A stretch of 64,000 nucleotides of DNA from Macrostomum lignano (taxonomy: Eukaryota): assembly GCA_002269645.1 (NCBI GenBank), contig NIVC01000773.1, positions 186,001 to 250,000 on the forward strand. The letters are read 5' to 3'. Positions 1 to 11,039 of the stretch are shown here, piece after piece (within the stretch, counting starts at the first letter, position 1; every line of letters starts with the position of its first letter). The notes beneath the pieces are model-generated. The model worked only from the letters and a program-made list of their open reading frames with translations, was not told the origin of the DNA and ran no database searches. The position numbers and the translations under genes are program-made.

Positions 1-1
1 T

Positions 2-691
2 GAGGAAGTTCGGCGCGAGACTGGTGAGCAGAGGTACCAGCACACTCGATCGCAGGGTTGGATGGGACACCCCCTGCTGCGTTATCTTATTGATGAGGGC
101 CAGCTTCTCATCGAAGGTTGGATCTTCTGTTGCTAAGCGTCTGCCAAATACCAGCATGCAAATGACGTTCGACACGGCCTTGCCGAACGGGTTTCCCGTG
201 CTGACCGGCTGTCCCCGCGTCTCCTCGAGCGCCACCGCCAGCTCGAGCGCCTCTTTGACGATGCTGTCCTCGGACCCAATCTTGCCGAAGCCGCAGTCCC
301 GCAGCACCTGCAGGCTGAATCTGCGATGCCGTTTCCAGCTGGGCCCGTCAGTCATGACCAGGCCGCTGTTTCCCATGACCCGAGTGGAGAAAATGTGCCT
401 AGGCCGTCCGGAGAACAAGGCCCCCTGCGTGACGAATGCTTCTTTCACTGCTTCGTAGGTGTTGAGAAAGACGACCTGGCGACCATTCAACTGGAAACTG
501 CACACCGCTCCGTACCGCTGCTTGGCCTGGCGCAGCCAGTTGCGCAATGGAAACTTCATGAATGGGAAGCTGCCGAGAACCGGCACCACGGGCGGGCCCG
601 GCGGCAGGCGGCGCTGCCCACTCATGTAGCTGATTAACCAGCCAACTGCCAGCACGGCTAGCAGGCCAACTGTAATGCTGAGTAAATCCAT
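2..691 (-). CDS. Cytochrome P450, CYP2 clan; 5' portion (230 codons), continues past the left edge of the window
   Basis: Hand translation from ATG at 691: MDLLSITVGLLAVLAVGWLISY (membrane anchor), RRLPPGPPVVPVLGSFPF (PPGP hinge), QVVFLNTYEAVKEAF, FSGRP, GLVMTDGPSWKRHRRFSLQVLRDCGFGK (C-helix WxxxR; compare CYP2 LRNFGMGK), AVSNVICMLVFGRR. No stop codon to the window edge. Confidence 0.93.
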   Translation of the reverse strand, partial: MDLLSITVGLLAVLAVGWLISYMSGQRRLPPGPPVVPVLGSFPFMKFPLRNWLRQAKQRYGAVCSFQLNGRQVVFLNTYEAVKEAFVTQGALFSGRPRHIFSTRVMGNSGLVMTDGPSWKRHRRFSLQVLRDCGFGKIGSEDSIVKEALELAVALEETRGQPVSTGNPFGKAVSNVICMLVFGRRLATEDPTFDEKLALINKITQQGVSHPTLRSSVLVPLLTSLAPNFL

Positions 692-1998
692 GCTTTGGTT
701 TTGGATCAAACTGCAGAACTGTCCTTTCCTGTCCTGCTTGCGCCGTCTTATTAAAAACTTTTTCTCCTTATCTACAACCTCTCCAGTTTTCGAGACCAGT
801 CTGGCTCTGTATGCAGCAACTCTACACCCAAGTACTCTCGGTTTGCATGAACTGTGAAACTGTACTGTGGTACAATGGCAGCATTTGGAGTTTGGAGTCG
901 CTGAGAGGGTTCTTGCAAAGCCCCCACCTCTACCTCCCGCCTGCCCTTGAAATGTAGTAACAAGGCAAAGACAGTACTCGTACTTGTGTGCTATAAAATT
1001 ATTGAGTACGTTCAGGGTGACTGGGTGCTATAAATGAGCAGGTGAGATTGCATTCTGTTAATCAGTTTCTTTAACATTTCTCATTTAGATTTTAACGAAT
1101 GCACGACTCATGAAACTAATTATATACTCAAATATCTTCTGTATATACTTCAGTAGTAACAAATAAGTGCCTATGAGAACACGTCAGTACTTTAATAGGA
1201 AATAATTAGTCACATCGGTTCACATCGGTTCACATCGGTGAAATGACTTGCTTTCTTACAGTTACTTTTCGCTATTTGCCCCTCGAGTTCGAATAGATTG
1301 GCTTACTCGTACTTTTCTGGTCGCTATGTGGCTAGAAAGAAAAGTCCCACAAAATCCATATACTAAAAAAACTTGAGATTTGATACTCTCAAAACGAGGT
1401 TATTCAGCACTTTAGAGGTAAGGTATTGAGGTAAAATTTTGAACCTGACGGACCTTAGGGATCTCTAGAAGAAGATCTTACATTCAAAGATGCGATCTGA
1501 AAATTGAAAAGTATATTTAAACCCAATTTACTATTTGAAGTACAATAATTTCTGTATTCCTGCTGTCAATAAACTTCCTTAGAAGAAGTCCGGTGCGTGA
1601 TGCAGCGGTCTCAATGCAGAGGCTGTTGCATATTGCAGCATGAATGCAGCTGCGCAGCTTCCGACAGGAAGTGACCCAACTGTGACCAGGTTCTGTAGGA
1701 TTAATTTCCCGCATGAAGGCAGGAAATGAAAAAAACTCTTTAACTTCAGTCCTCTTTCTCACCTTTGCTTATAATATCAAATCTATCGGAAGCTGATCGT
1801 GACTCTGGGATGCGCAAGCTCCCATTGAGCCGGATATTGTTTGGCAGATGAGGAAGAGCGCCACTTCTCCGCCCTCTTCCGCTTCCTGCCTGCCTCAACT
1901 GTGGCCTCTCTGCCCCGGCATCCAATCTGAATGCCGCTCACAGGGAATAAATTCATAGCAATCGGCAGCTGCCAAGCCTGCGCTTCACCGGTGTGGAA

Positions 1999-3017
1999 AT
2001 GCGGCTTTTACCTGCTCTGCTTCTGCAATTGCTGCTCCAACCAGCCGTGCAGTGGAACTCGAACCAAAATGAGACTGCCTGCAGCCCCGGCTGCTCACCT
2101 GGCGGCTGCAAATGTGACCAGCTCTGCCACCACCTGAGCGATTGCTGCTCCTCACCTGAGCCACCTCTGCCGTTGGCTGCCAGCGTCGAGTGCACCGACG
2201 CCCGACACTTCGTCGTATTCGGCCACAGCAACGGTGCCGTTCATCGAGCCGTTGCGGCCGGAGAACCGCCGCTTAGTCTGCATCGCCGTCTTGGCATCGG
2301 CGTGGTTTCTGGCTGTCCGAGATCGGCCAGACCGCAGCTGCAGCGCCTGTGCTCCGAGTCCCCGTTCTTGCCAGTGACGGCGTCGGCTGCTCAATCGTCA
2401 CCGGCGATGATTTTCCGCAGTGCCGCCTGCGCAGCCTGCAGCGGCGTCGGAGACTTCCGCCACTTGCCCGGCCGACTTGTCTGCGACAGAGTCGAGCGTG
2501 CCGTCCCAGACTCTCAGTCGTTGCTGCCGCCTCCATCAGGTTGCCGGCTGGAGTTTGCGTTGCCAACCTCAACGCCTCGGCTCTGCTGGCTCGATCGGCC
2601 GGTCGCCGACTGCCGACTTGCCGATCCGGACAGGTTCTTAGTCTTCGTGTCACCTGAGCTGCGGCGACAGCGAGCTGAGTTTGAGAAGCAGTGCCGAGCC
2701 GGCCCGTTCGATCCGGTGTTCGACAGCCGATTGGCCGCTCCGGATTCGGCGCTGCTGCGGAATCACCAAACTGGCGGCATCTACCGGAACCTCCACTGCG
2801 CCCTATGCCACCGCGTCAGCGTACCGCTGCGTCCTCCAACCGACTGTCAGCTGGGCAGCACGATTCCCAGCCAAGATCGGCTGTCGGTAGGATCGGCCAG
2901 ATTCAGTCGGAGGTTCACGGCGGACGAGGCTGAAAAAGTTGCAGCTCGGGCCGCAGCGAGCAGCGTTTGTAATCAGTCCGGTCACCCCAGCGCCGAATTC
3001 AGCTGGGACACCTTGAG
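1999..3017 (+). CDS. Exon 1 of SMB-like/Cys-rich class-B (Methuselah/adhesion-like) 7TM receptor: signal peptide and ectodomain
   Basis: ATG at 1999 (the track's 1993 start is GTG). Signal MRLLPALLLQLLLQPAVQ; somatomedin-B-like CSPGGCKCDQLCHHLSDCC; two copies of a Y/F-R-N/S-x2-C-A-x-C motif (IFRSAACAAC, IYRNLHCALCH). Donor AG|GTAAGT at 3017/3018, phase 2. Confidence 0.8.
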
Positions 3018-3830
3018 GTAAGTGAAATGCATCTTCCTGGAATCGCGACTCGCGAATGGTGGAATCTTTGGCCATTGTCTTTGTAATGGTATTGGCAGAT
3101 TTGCGCCCTAACCCATGGACCTTCTGCGGAGGAACAATCCGCGGGAGTTATCCATGAGAGATTCACAGCATAATAAAAAATGACGACGTCCATTAAGAAG
3201 TCCATTTGCCATTAACGAGGGGTCACGGAGTCTTTTGGAACAGAACAGGTTGATCTCTGTGCAGGTCAAAACCACCCATCATCAAATCATGCTTGAAAAT
3301 CGATGTAAACTCGTCAGATGAGTATAATTTTTTTGGTTTTTTTTATAAAGGCCGACTTTAATGCAGTCACTCTCGGCTCGTTTAGTTAATAACTAGCAAT
3401 GGACTGGGCCGGCGCAGGGGGCCGCACGCGACAACAGGATTTACATTAGGAAGATTAAAATGCAAATTGCCTCCCCTCTAGCATGGCGCGCGCTTTTAAC
3501 TGCCTGAACTGGGGAATATCTGTGTCGACCTAGGGGGGGGGGGTGGAGTTCCTGGGATCTGAGCTGGGGAGAGAAGCTTGACACATGCCGACAAGTCGAC
3601 ACTAATCATATTAATCCGCAGATCACAGCCTGTCAGGACTACAGCTTGTCAATAAACCCGTCGGATGGTTAGTTAAACAGTTTGGCGATGGGAACCCACA
3701 TTGCACTTAGTATATAGTAGGGCACTATTGCTCTGGAACACTGTCTGCATGCTTTTATCCTTATGCAGCAGGGAACTGCATGTAATTCTACAGTTCTTCT
3801 TCCAAACCAAACCAACCAATCATCCTGCAG

Positions 3831-4770
3831 TTGCACCACGGATCAAGCCGCTGCTCCGCCATTCGCAGTTTCGCCCTTCATGGACAGCATCAGGCCGGGC
3901 CTGCGTGCCGCCACCCTGCTGCTTGCTGGCGCTGCCTGCCTGCCGCAGCTGATCGCCCTCAGGTGCCATCAACACCGCCGTTGCCACCACCGTCTGCATT
4001 CACCGTTGCCAGGGGCAACAGACAGCCCTATCCCGCTGATTCTGGGTGTTCACTGCTGCGGACTCGCTGTTCAGGTGCTGTCCGAACTCCTCGCCGACAG
4101 ATCTGGAACGAATTCGCTGACGCCACAGTCCGCACTTGCCGTAGTGGCCTGGCGCACCGCCATGCTGGTCCAGTCAGCGGCATCGCCAGTGCAGCTGCTG
4201 GCGCACCGCGGCACCGAACTGGCCGCAGAACTCACCAGCGGCATCGCTGTTGCCGCCATCTGGCTTGGCGCTCTCGGAATGGCCGGAGTTGCCGGCCTCC
4301 TGGATGTCGCTTCCGGTTCCGGCCCGATCGTGTCGATGATGGGCAGCGCCGCCGCAACTGCTGCTCAGCTGTCCGTCTGGGCAGCGTTTCTCGCCCTCGG
4401 CGTCGGGCTACTGGCCGCTGGTCACTCGCGTCGTCGTTGGTGCAGCTCGGCTGCAACGTCCCCGAAAGCGACTGAGCGATTACTGGCGAGTCTTCTGGCT
4501 CTGCTCGGCCTTCGAGCGGCTGCCGCAGTTGCCGCCGCAGGCGCAGCAGCCGCAGTCGCCGGTGCTGTCGGTTCGCTGGCCGACTTCTCACGCTCCGCCT
4601 GCCTCCTGACGCTGGCCGTCGCGACGATTCCTGCGAACGGCTCTGGCGACGCGCATAGGCAATCGCTGCGCCACCGACGCGGTCAACGCGTCGAACCATC
4701 AAGATCGCGGACCTCATCGCGAACTTCTTCAAGCGCGGCAATGACGGCTGTGACGGCTACTTTTGTATAA
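3831..4770 (+). CDS. Exon 2 of the same receptor: seven Ala/Leu-rich hydrophobic segments and a tail ending ATFV
   Basis: Acceptor catcctgcag| at 3830 is phase 2 and restores the frame (AG+T=Ser). Joined CDS is 1959 nt (652 aa plus stop TAA at 4768-4770). About seven hydrophobic stretches alternate with polar or basic loops. Confidence 0.72.
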
Positions 4771-5282
4771 CATTTTTTTTTGTTTTGCGTCGGTTTATTT
4801 AGGTCAGGCGTTGGAAAACTCCGGCCCGCCGGGGTTTGCCCTCCGGGTCCTTTGAAACTTCACAATAGCAATCCGGCCCGCTCAAGCCAAGGTTGGTGTC
4901 TTCTCAGTTTTTCCCTAACCTTCTCTCCTTTCTTATCTCCCCTCTCACTTCTCTCTTCTCTCCTCCGCTCTCCTCTCTCTGTGCCGCAGTCTTGCATTGG
5001 GTTCTCTATCTGGCCCTCCTTCAGTTTAAATAGTTTGTCGACCCTTGATTTAGGTGTAGGTTCAGATTTTTAGACATACATGTATGTTTTCTTCATTAGT
5101 CGAAATATCAGATACTTCTTATACAAGCAATATATTTGTCGTCTCTTTGGTCAATCAGAAACAACATTATTCTCAGAATTTGTTTACTCAATTTGCTGTC
5201 TGAATTCGAATTAAATTGCAAATCGAAACTCTGCTTCGAAATAGTCAGTACGGATTTATGCACTTTAGGGCGTAAAACTCGG

Positions 5283-6290
5283 TCAGCGGAACAAGTCGAA
5301 CAGCCAGTTTATCTGGTCCGCACTGCGGTAGCTGTTGGCCGCGGCTATCAGCTTCACCTGCCCCCTAAACCAGAACGAATTCGCGCTGTTTGACGAGCCG
5401 AAACGAATGCACCGTCGAGCAGGTGCTCCGAGATAAGCCCTGCGCGAGTAGTTGAAGAAGGCTCTGTCAAGGAAGCTCCTATTGTAGTACATGAAGGCGT
5501 TCCCGCTGAGATTGGACACTGAGACGCCCAGGTCAACCCATTGCTCTCTCGTCTCAACTACCAGCCTTCGGTTGGCTCGGGTCTCCACCCTGACCAGCGG
5601 CTTCAGACGGCCGTAGGAGTCAAAGAACAGCGAGCCCGGCCCGTCCCACTCCCACGTGCTCGCGCCCATCGCCCCGTTGTCGCAGTTGTAGAAGTCCAAG
5701 TACGGCTGCGACTGCGGCACTCGCTTGATTCGGTAAAGCCAGGCCAGGCCGCCGGTCCAGTGGAAGTCGCTGGCCGGCACCAAATTAAGAAACGAATTCT
5801 GGCCGTTAAGCCTTGGCGGCGCGCCTACATAGTCGTAGACAACATTTTCTCCAGCAAAATTGGTCTGGACGCCGTTGCGGCAGATCAGGTTGCGCAGGCC
5901 CTGGTCGGCTCGAACGCCGGGAATCCAGACGCCATCGAACAGCTGACGGAGAGCCAGCGCGGCCGAGTCCAAGTAGGTGTGGCAAGCTGGAAATGGGAAT
6001 CCGCTCAGCGACGCATTTGGAAACACCCGAGCGCAAACATCCTGCAGAGCAAACGCCTTGCACTGCCGACCGTACCTGCGGTACTGGATGACGCACAGGT
6101 CGCAGTTCAACTCGGCCATGCTCGATACATGAACCAAACAGCTGAGACTGTCAGGCATACCAAGTGTCTGAGCTACGGCCAGTGCGTCCGGTAGGCAGTT
6201 GATGGTGGTGTCGAGACTGCGAAATCGCTTGCCGCAGCTGTTTATGACCGAGTGCGGAGCCAGCAGCAGGAGCAGCCATAGCAGAGACAT
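5283..6290 (-). CDS. Secreted 335-aa protein: Cys-rich (PAN/apple-like?) N-domain plus concanavalin A-like LamG/pentraxin-type domain; single exon
   Basis: First ATG at 6290 (the track starts at TTG). Signal MSLLWLLLLLAPHS. C-terminal half has the LamG_3-like pattern FHWTGGLAWLY ... QWVDLGVSV..SGNAFMYYN ... IRFGS...FWFRGQVKLIAAANSYRSADQINWLF. The domain call is pattern recognition, not an HMM result. Confidence 0.75.
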   Translation of the reverse strand: MSLLWLLLLLAPHSVINSCGKRFRSLDTTINCLPDALAVAQTLGMPDSLSCLVHVSSMAELNCDLCVIQYRRYGRQCKAFALQDVCARVFPNASLSGFPFPACHTYLDSAALALRQLFDGVWIPGVRADQGLRNLICRNGVQTNFAGENVVYDYVGAPPRLNGQNSFLNLVPASDFHWTGGLAWLYRIKRVPQSQPYLDFYNCDNGAMGASTWEWDGPGSLFFDSYGRLKPLVRVETRANRRLVVETREQWVDLGVSVSNLSGNAFMYYNRSFLDRAFFNYSRRAYLGAPARRCIRFGSSNSANSFWFRGQVKLIAAANSYRSADQINWLFDLFR

Positions 6291-7221
6291 TGTTACTTTC
6301 TCGATCAGTCTATATGGTTCCAAGCAGAAGGACGGGTCTTTATACTAATTGTGCGTGTGAACCGACTATTGTAACCAAGCACCTGCTATTCCCTAATGAT
6401 TGATGCCAATTATTGACTGAACTAAGGGCACTGAGAAGCTTCAGCTTGGGTGATACTGGTAGGTCTTCTTGTTGAAGTGGCACTCGACATGACTACATAG
6501 CCAGCTGTTATTTGCAATGGAAGAAAACTTGCAAAATTTATCCCATTGTTAGAAAAGGTGAAACGAGAATGACTGACCTCTATCCATCTACATGTAGTTA
6601 AAATGCGTAAAATCGAAAATTACAAAATCGTAACAATTCAGAACCTTGCTTGGAGATTAAACTTTAAGGTTGAATTCATCAAAGTCAGATATGGTTAATC
6701 CAGTGTATATTATTGCACAATGACTAATTCTGGCAATCGCGAGAGGGCATTGCAAAGCGCTATCAGCACATATAGATTCAGCGATGTACTTTTTACATGT
6801 ACATTCATGCAAGCTTAATCAGAGCAGAGTGCTGCAAATACTCAACAAGCAAAGCATTATAGTAAAAAGCATTCAGAACTATAATATAGAAGATTCGCAG
6901 TCCAAAAAAGTGTTTTAAGTATCTGTACATAGTTGCTGGGTGCCTGCATGTTGCATGTAAATAACGCGAGAAGGCACAACAGACTGCCTGCTGGGTTTAG
7001 TAGATAAATGATAAGCATTGTACAGAATCAGCCTTGATATCGGGGTCCAAATTGAGGGGTGGGTGCAGTCTATAGTCTGTTATTTAGTGTCCCCTTCAGA
7101 TATTATAAAATCAATCAATATCAGTCAGATAGATAGTAAAAATTTGATAAGAAAGACTTGAAGCAGCGATCGTTATTGACCAATAAATGATTATTTGGTC
7201 CCACTGGCAGCTAGGCAACCC

Positions 7222-7292
7222 CTAGACAACAACTTCGTACACAATTTTCCTGCTGCTTCGGTACCCAGACTCGAAGTTGTACGGGTCCGTGT
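7222..7292 (-). CDS. ed: Echinoid-like terminal exon ending in a PDZ-binding motif
   Basis: gcttccag|AC; NTDPYNFESGYRSSRKIVYEVVV, stop TAG at 7224-7222. Confidence 0.82.
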
Positions 7293-7380
7293 CTGGAAGC
7301 ATAAACAACCAAAGCCATGTATTTAAACAAATAACAACAGTAAGAGGACCGCAGATGGAATTAATAATTTTGTTACTCAC

Positions 7381-7440
7381 TTCTATTGTCGTCTGGATAG
7401 TCTTGCGAATAGTTGAATATCGCTGGGTTTGATGCTGACG
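7381..7440 (-). CDS. ed: Echinoid-like 60-nt cytoplasmic exon
   Basis: aattttcag|CG; SSASNPAIFNYSQDYPDDNR A|gtgagt; phase 1/1. Confidence 0.78.
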
Positions 7441-7529
7441 CTGAAAATTTTTCAGGGATTATCTGAATTAGATTTATGTAGCTGGGCAGGCGTTTTGGAG
7501 TACATCAAGATATAAAAGGTTGGTGAGAG

Positions 7530-8335
7530 AGTGAGGGTGCGGAGTGAGGTGGCTGTGGAGTGAGGTGGGTGTGGAGTGAGGTGGGTGTGGAGTGAGGTGG
7601 TTGCGGAGTGAGGTCGCTGCGGAGTGGAGTGTCTGCGGAGTGGGGTGGGTGCGGAGTGAGATGGGTGCGGAGTGAGGTGGATGCGAAGTGAGGTGGGTGT
7701 GGAGTGAGGTGGGTGTGGAGTGAGGTGGTTGCGGAGTGAGGTCGCTGCGGAGTGGAGTGTCTGCGGAGTGGGGTGGGTGCGGAGTGAGATGGGTGCGGAG
7801 TGAGGTGGATGCGAAGTGAGGTGGGTGCGGAGTGAGGTGGGTGCGGAGTGAGGTGGCTCCGGAGTGGAGTGAGGTCGCTACGAAGTGAGGTGGGTGCGGA
7901 GTAAGGTGGCTGCGGAGTGAGGTGGCTGCGGAGTGAGGTCGCTACGAAGTGAGGTGGGTGCGGAGTGAGGTGGGTGCGGAGTGAGGTGGGTGCGGAGTGA
8001 GGTGGGTGCGGAGTGAGGTGGGTGCGGAGTGAGGTGGGTGCGGAGTGAGGTGGGTGCGGAGTGAGGTGGGTGCGGAGTGAGGTGGCTCCGGAGTGGAGTG
8101 AGGTCGCTACGAAGTGAGGTAGGTGCGGAGTAAGGTGGCTGCGGAGTGAGGTGGCTGCGGAGTGAGGTCGCTACGAAGTGAGGTGGGTGCGGAGTAAGGT
8201 GGGTGCGAAGTGAGGTGGGTGCGGAGTGAGGTGGGTGCGGAGTGAGGTGGGTGCGGAGTGAGGTGGGTGCGGAGTGAGGTGGGTGCGGAGTGAGGTGGGT
8301 GCGGAGTGAGGTGGGTGCGGAGTGAGGTGGGTGAG
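7530..8335. repeat. 16-bp minisatellite GCGGAGTGAGGTGGGT
   Basis: Direct reading; internal block duplication of ~130 bp; fills most of the intron 7441-8354. Confidence 0.95.
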
Positions 8336-8354
8336 GATTCACAGTTGAGCTCAC

Positions 8355-8698
8355 AGTCCAGTGGATTGTGGCCGCTCCGCAAAGTGGCGAAGACGCCGCC
8401 TCCCCTCGCAGGGACAGGCGGGCCAGCAGCTCCCAAGTCGATTCCGTCGCCGGACTCCGGAGCCTTAGAGACCACCGCCGCCGATGTGACCAGTGAGCTG
8501 CTCCGGCGAGAGCCGCTGATGCAGGTGACATTGTCAGCCGACATGGACGGGTGCGGCGGCACGAGGGCGTACGGCTTGCCATCGGAGGCCATGTGGTAGC
8601 GGCCGGGCTGCTGCAGGCTGGACTCGGTCGGGCTGTCCTGCTGCTGCAGGTGCTGCTGCTGTTGCTGCTGCTGTTGCCGCCTGCGCGTAAGCAGAGGG
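8355..8698 (-). CDS. ed: Echinoid-like exon, cytoplasmic tail with polyQ
   Basis: tttgtacag|C gives (H)PLLTRRRQQQQQQQQHLQQQ...GKPYALV...VFATLRSGHNPLD T|gtgagc; 344 nt, phase 2/1. Confidence 0.8.
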
Positions 8699-8989
8699 CT
8701 GTACAAAATTTGGCGGCAAAATAGAGCACTTGGAGTAGGGTAAGCGGTGTGACAGGCAGGTGAAGCAATAGTTGGGCTTGGTTAGTACGCATCTTATCTG
8801 CTTTTGGCAGATTTTACAGGCGTCAGGTTATTTCGATCGCATCACTCTACTGAGTAAATTAGTAAGTAGCACATCAAGGATTTTGTCTATTTTTTTCTAA
8901 TACAAATACAAAAAAATAGCCGGCAAAAGAGGAAGTCTCCAAAGCTACCAAGAGAAGAAGTGGAGAAAAGCCACAATGCTCAAACTCAC

Positions 8990-9140
8990 TGCTGCTGAGT
9001 GCCCGGCTCCATCTCCTTGTAGTGGCGCCTCCGTCTGCAGCAGAAGTACAGCAGCACCATGGAGAGCAGCACGATAAGGCCGGCGCAGCAGCCGCCAACG
9101 ATGGCAATGGTGGCCGTGGATACATCAGGGATGGCTGCCA
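8990..9140 (-). CDS. ed: Echinoid-like exon, transmembrane helix and basic stop-transfer segment
   Basis: ccttcag|TG; IAIVGGCCAGLIVLLSMVLLYF CCRRRRHYKE; donor CA|gtgagt; 151 nt, phase 1/2. Confidence 0.88.
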
Positions 9141-9229
9141 CTGAAGGTGCGGGACAATGTTGGGACATTGGCTTGCAAAATGAACTGAAATTCTTCAGTC
9201 CAAGAGTGTCATAACTTAAAAGTCTCAGA

Positions 9230-10560
9230 GCCGAGTAGTGTCAGAGCATGAGAGTGTCAGAGTCTGAGAGTATCAGAGCCTAATACTGTGTCAGAGCCTA
9301 TGAGTGTCAGAGCCTAATACTGTGTCAGAACCTATGGAGAGTGTCAGAGCCTGAAAGTGTCAGAGCCTAAGAGTGTCAGAGCCTGAGAGTGTCAGAGCCT
9401 AAGAGTATCAGAGCCTAATACTGTGTCAGAGCCTATGAGTGTCAGAGCCTAATACTGTGTCAGAACCTATGGAGAGTGTCAGAGCCTGAAAGTGTCAGAT
9501 CCTGAGAGTGTCAGAGCCTAATACTGTGTCAGAACCTATGGAGAGTGTCAGAGCCTGAGTGTCAGTATCTAATAATGTCAGAACCTATGAGTGTCAGTGT
9601 CTAATAATGGTGTCAGAACCTATGAGTTTCAGTGCCTAATAGTGTCAGAACCTATGGAGAGTGTCAGAGCCTGAAAGTGTCAGAGCCTGAGAGTGTCAGA
9701 GCCTGAGAGTGTCAGAGCCTGAGAGTGTCAGAGCCTGAGAGTGTCAGAGCCTGAGAGTGTCAGAGCCTGAGAGTGTCAGAGCCTGAGAGTGTCAGAGCCT
9801 GAGAGTGTCAGAGCCTATGAGTGTCAGTATCTAATAATGTCAGAACCTATGAGTGTCAGTGTCTAATAATGGTGTCAGAACCTATGAGTTTCAGTGCCTA
9901 ATAGTGTCAGAACCTATGGAAAGTGTCAGAGCCTGAAAGTGTCAGAGCCTGAGAGTGTCAGAGCCTGAAAGTGTCAGAGCCTGAGAGTGTCAGAGCCTGA
10001 GAGTGTCAGAGCCTGAGAGTGTCAGAGCCTGAGAGTGTCAGAGCCTGAGAGTGTCAGAGCCTGAGAGTGTCAGAGCCTGAGAGTGTCAGAGCCTGAGAGT
10101 GTCAGAGCCTATGAGTGTCAGTATCTAATAATGTCAGAACCTATGAGTGTCAGTGTCTAATAATGGTGTCAGAACCTATGAGTTTCAGTGCCTAATAGTG
10201 TCAGAACCTATGGAGAGTGTCAGAGCCTGAAAGTGTCAGAGCCTGAGAGTGTCAGAGCCTGAGAGTGTCAGAGCCTGAGAGTGTCAGAGCCTAAGAGTGT
10301 CAGAGCCTGAGAGTGTCAGAGCCTGAGAGTGTCAGAGCCTGAGAGTGTCAGAGTCTGAGAGTGTCAGAGCCTGAGAGTGTCAGAGCCTGAGAGTGTCAGA
10401 GCCTAAGAGTGTCAGAGCTGAGAATGTCAGAACTGTCAGGGTCAGAACCTATGAGTGTCAGAGCTGAGAATGTCAGTACTGTCAGGGTCAGAGCCTATGA
10501 GTGTCAGAGCTGAGAATGTCAGTACTGTCAGGGTCAGAGCCTATGAGTGTCAGAACCTCA
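9230..10560. repeat. 16-bp minisatellite GAGAGTGTCAGAGCCT with higher-order blocks
   Basis: A variant block (tatctaataatgtc...tttcagtgcctaatag) recurs at ~9565, ~9825 and ~10120. Confidence 0.95.
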
Positions 10561-11039
10561 TTGGACCACAACCTAATAGCGCCCAAACTTTTAGACGATT
10601 TTAACTGTCAGAACTCTAAACGAATTGCAGTGTCAGCAAAGTGTCAGATCAGGGCCCCTCGAATCCGCTAAGTTCGGCACTTTAATTCAGAAATTCTATG
10701 TAAAGCTCAGTAGGCAAGAGAATTGGTGAATGAATTCAGAGCCATCTCATTTAAATAAGCTGAGCGCAGTTGAGTCACAGGGAGGGCTGAATTCGAAACC
10801 ACTTACTTTAAGCTCTGCCAGCTGAGGGAACAGCAATTGGTGAGAAAACCAACGAGGAAAAGCCCCCCCCCCACTGAGTGAATGAGATTTTAGAGTGAGG
10901 GAGAAAATGCTGAAAGCTGAGATGTAACTTGAAACCTTGGGCGTATAAACAGGCCTGTCTGTGAGAGCTGCATGTTGTAGAGTAAGTATTGTATGGGGTA
11001 TAGAGTGGAGTGATAAATGAAGAAGGATTCAAGACAGAG

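Noticed and set aside
24-637. + strand ORFs 24-458 and 326-637
   Set aside because: Antisense shadows of the P450 CDS.
1517-1930. Possible small two-exon minus-strand gene (donor near 1762, acceptor near 1697)
   Set aside because: The phases fit, but the upstream frame has no ATG and the peptide has no recognisable features. It could be a P450 5'UTR or noise.
5354-6194. Overlapping ORFs around the LamG-like gene, and similar ones over the 7TM and Ig exons
   Set aside because: Shadow frames of GC-rich coding sequence with no recognisable motifs.
7530-8335. Telomere-like G-rich repeat, and the extension of ORFs 7878-8792 and 8107-8706 into it
   Set aside because: The unit is 16 bp, not TTAGGG-type. 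The real exon ends at the GTGAGC donor at 8354, so the Pro/His/Thr repeat peptide is intronic.
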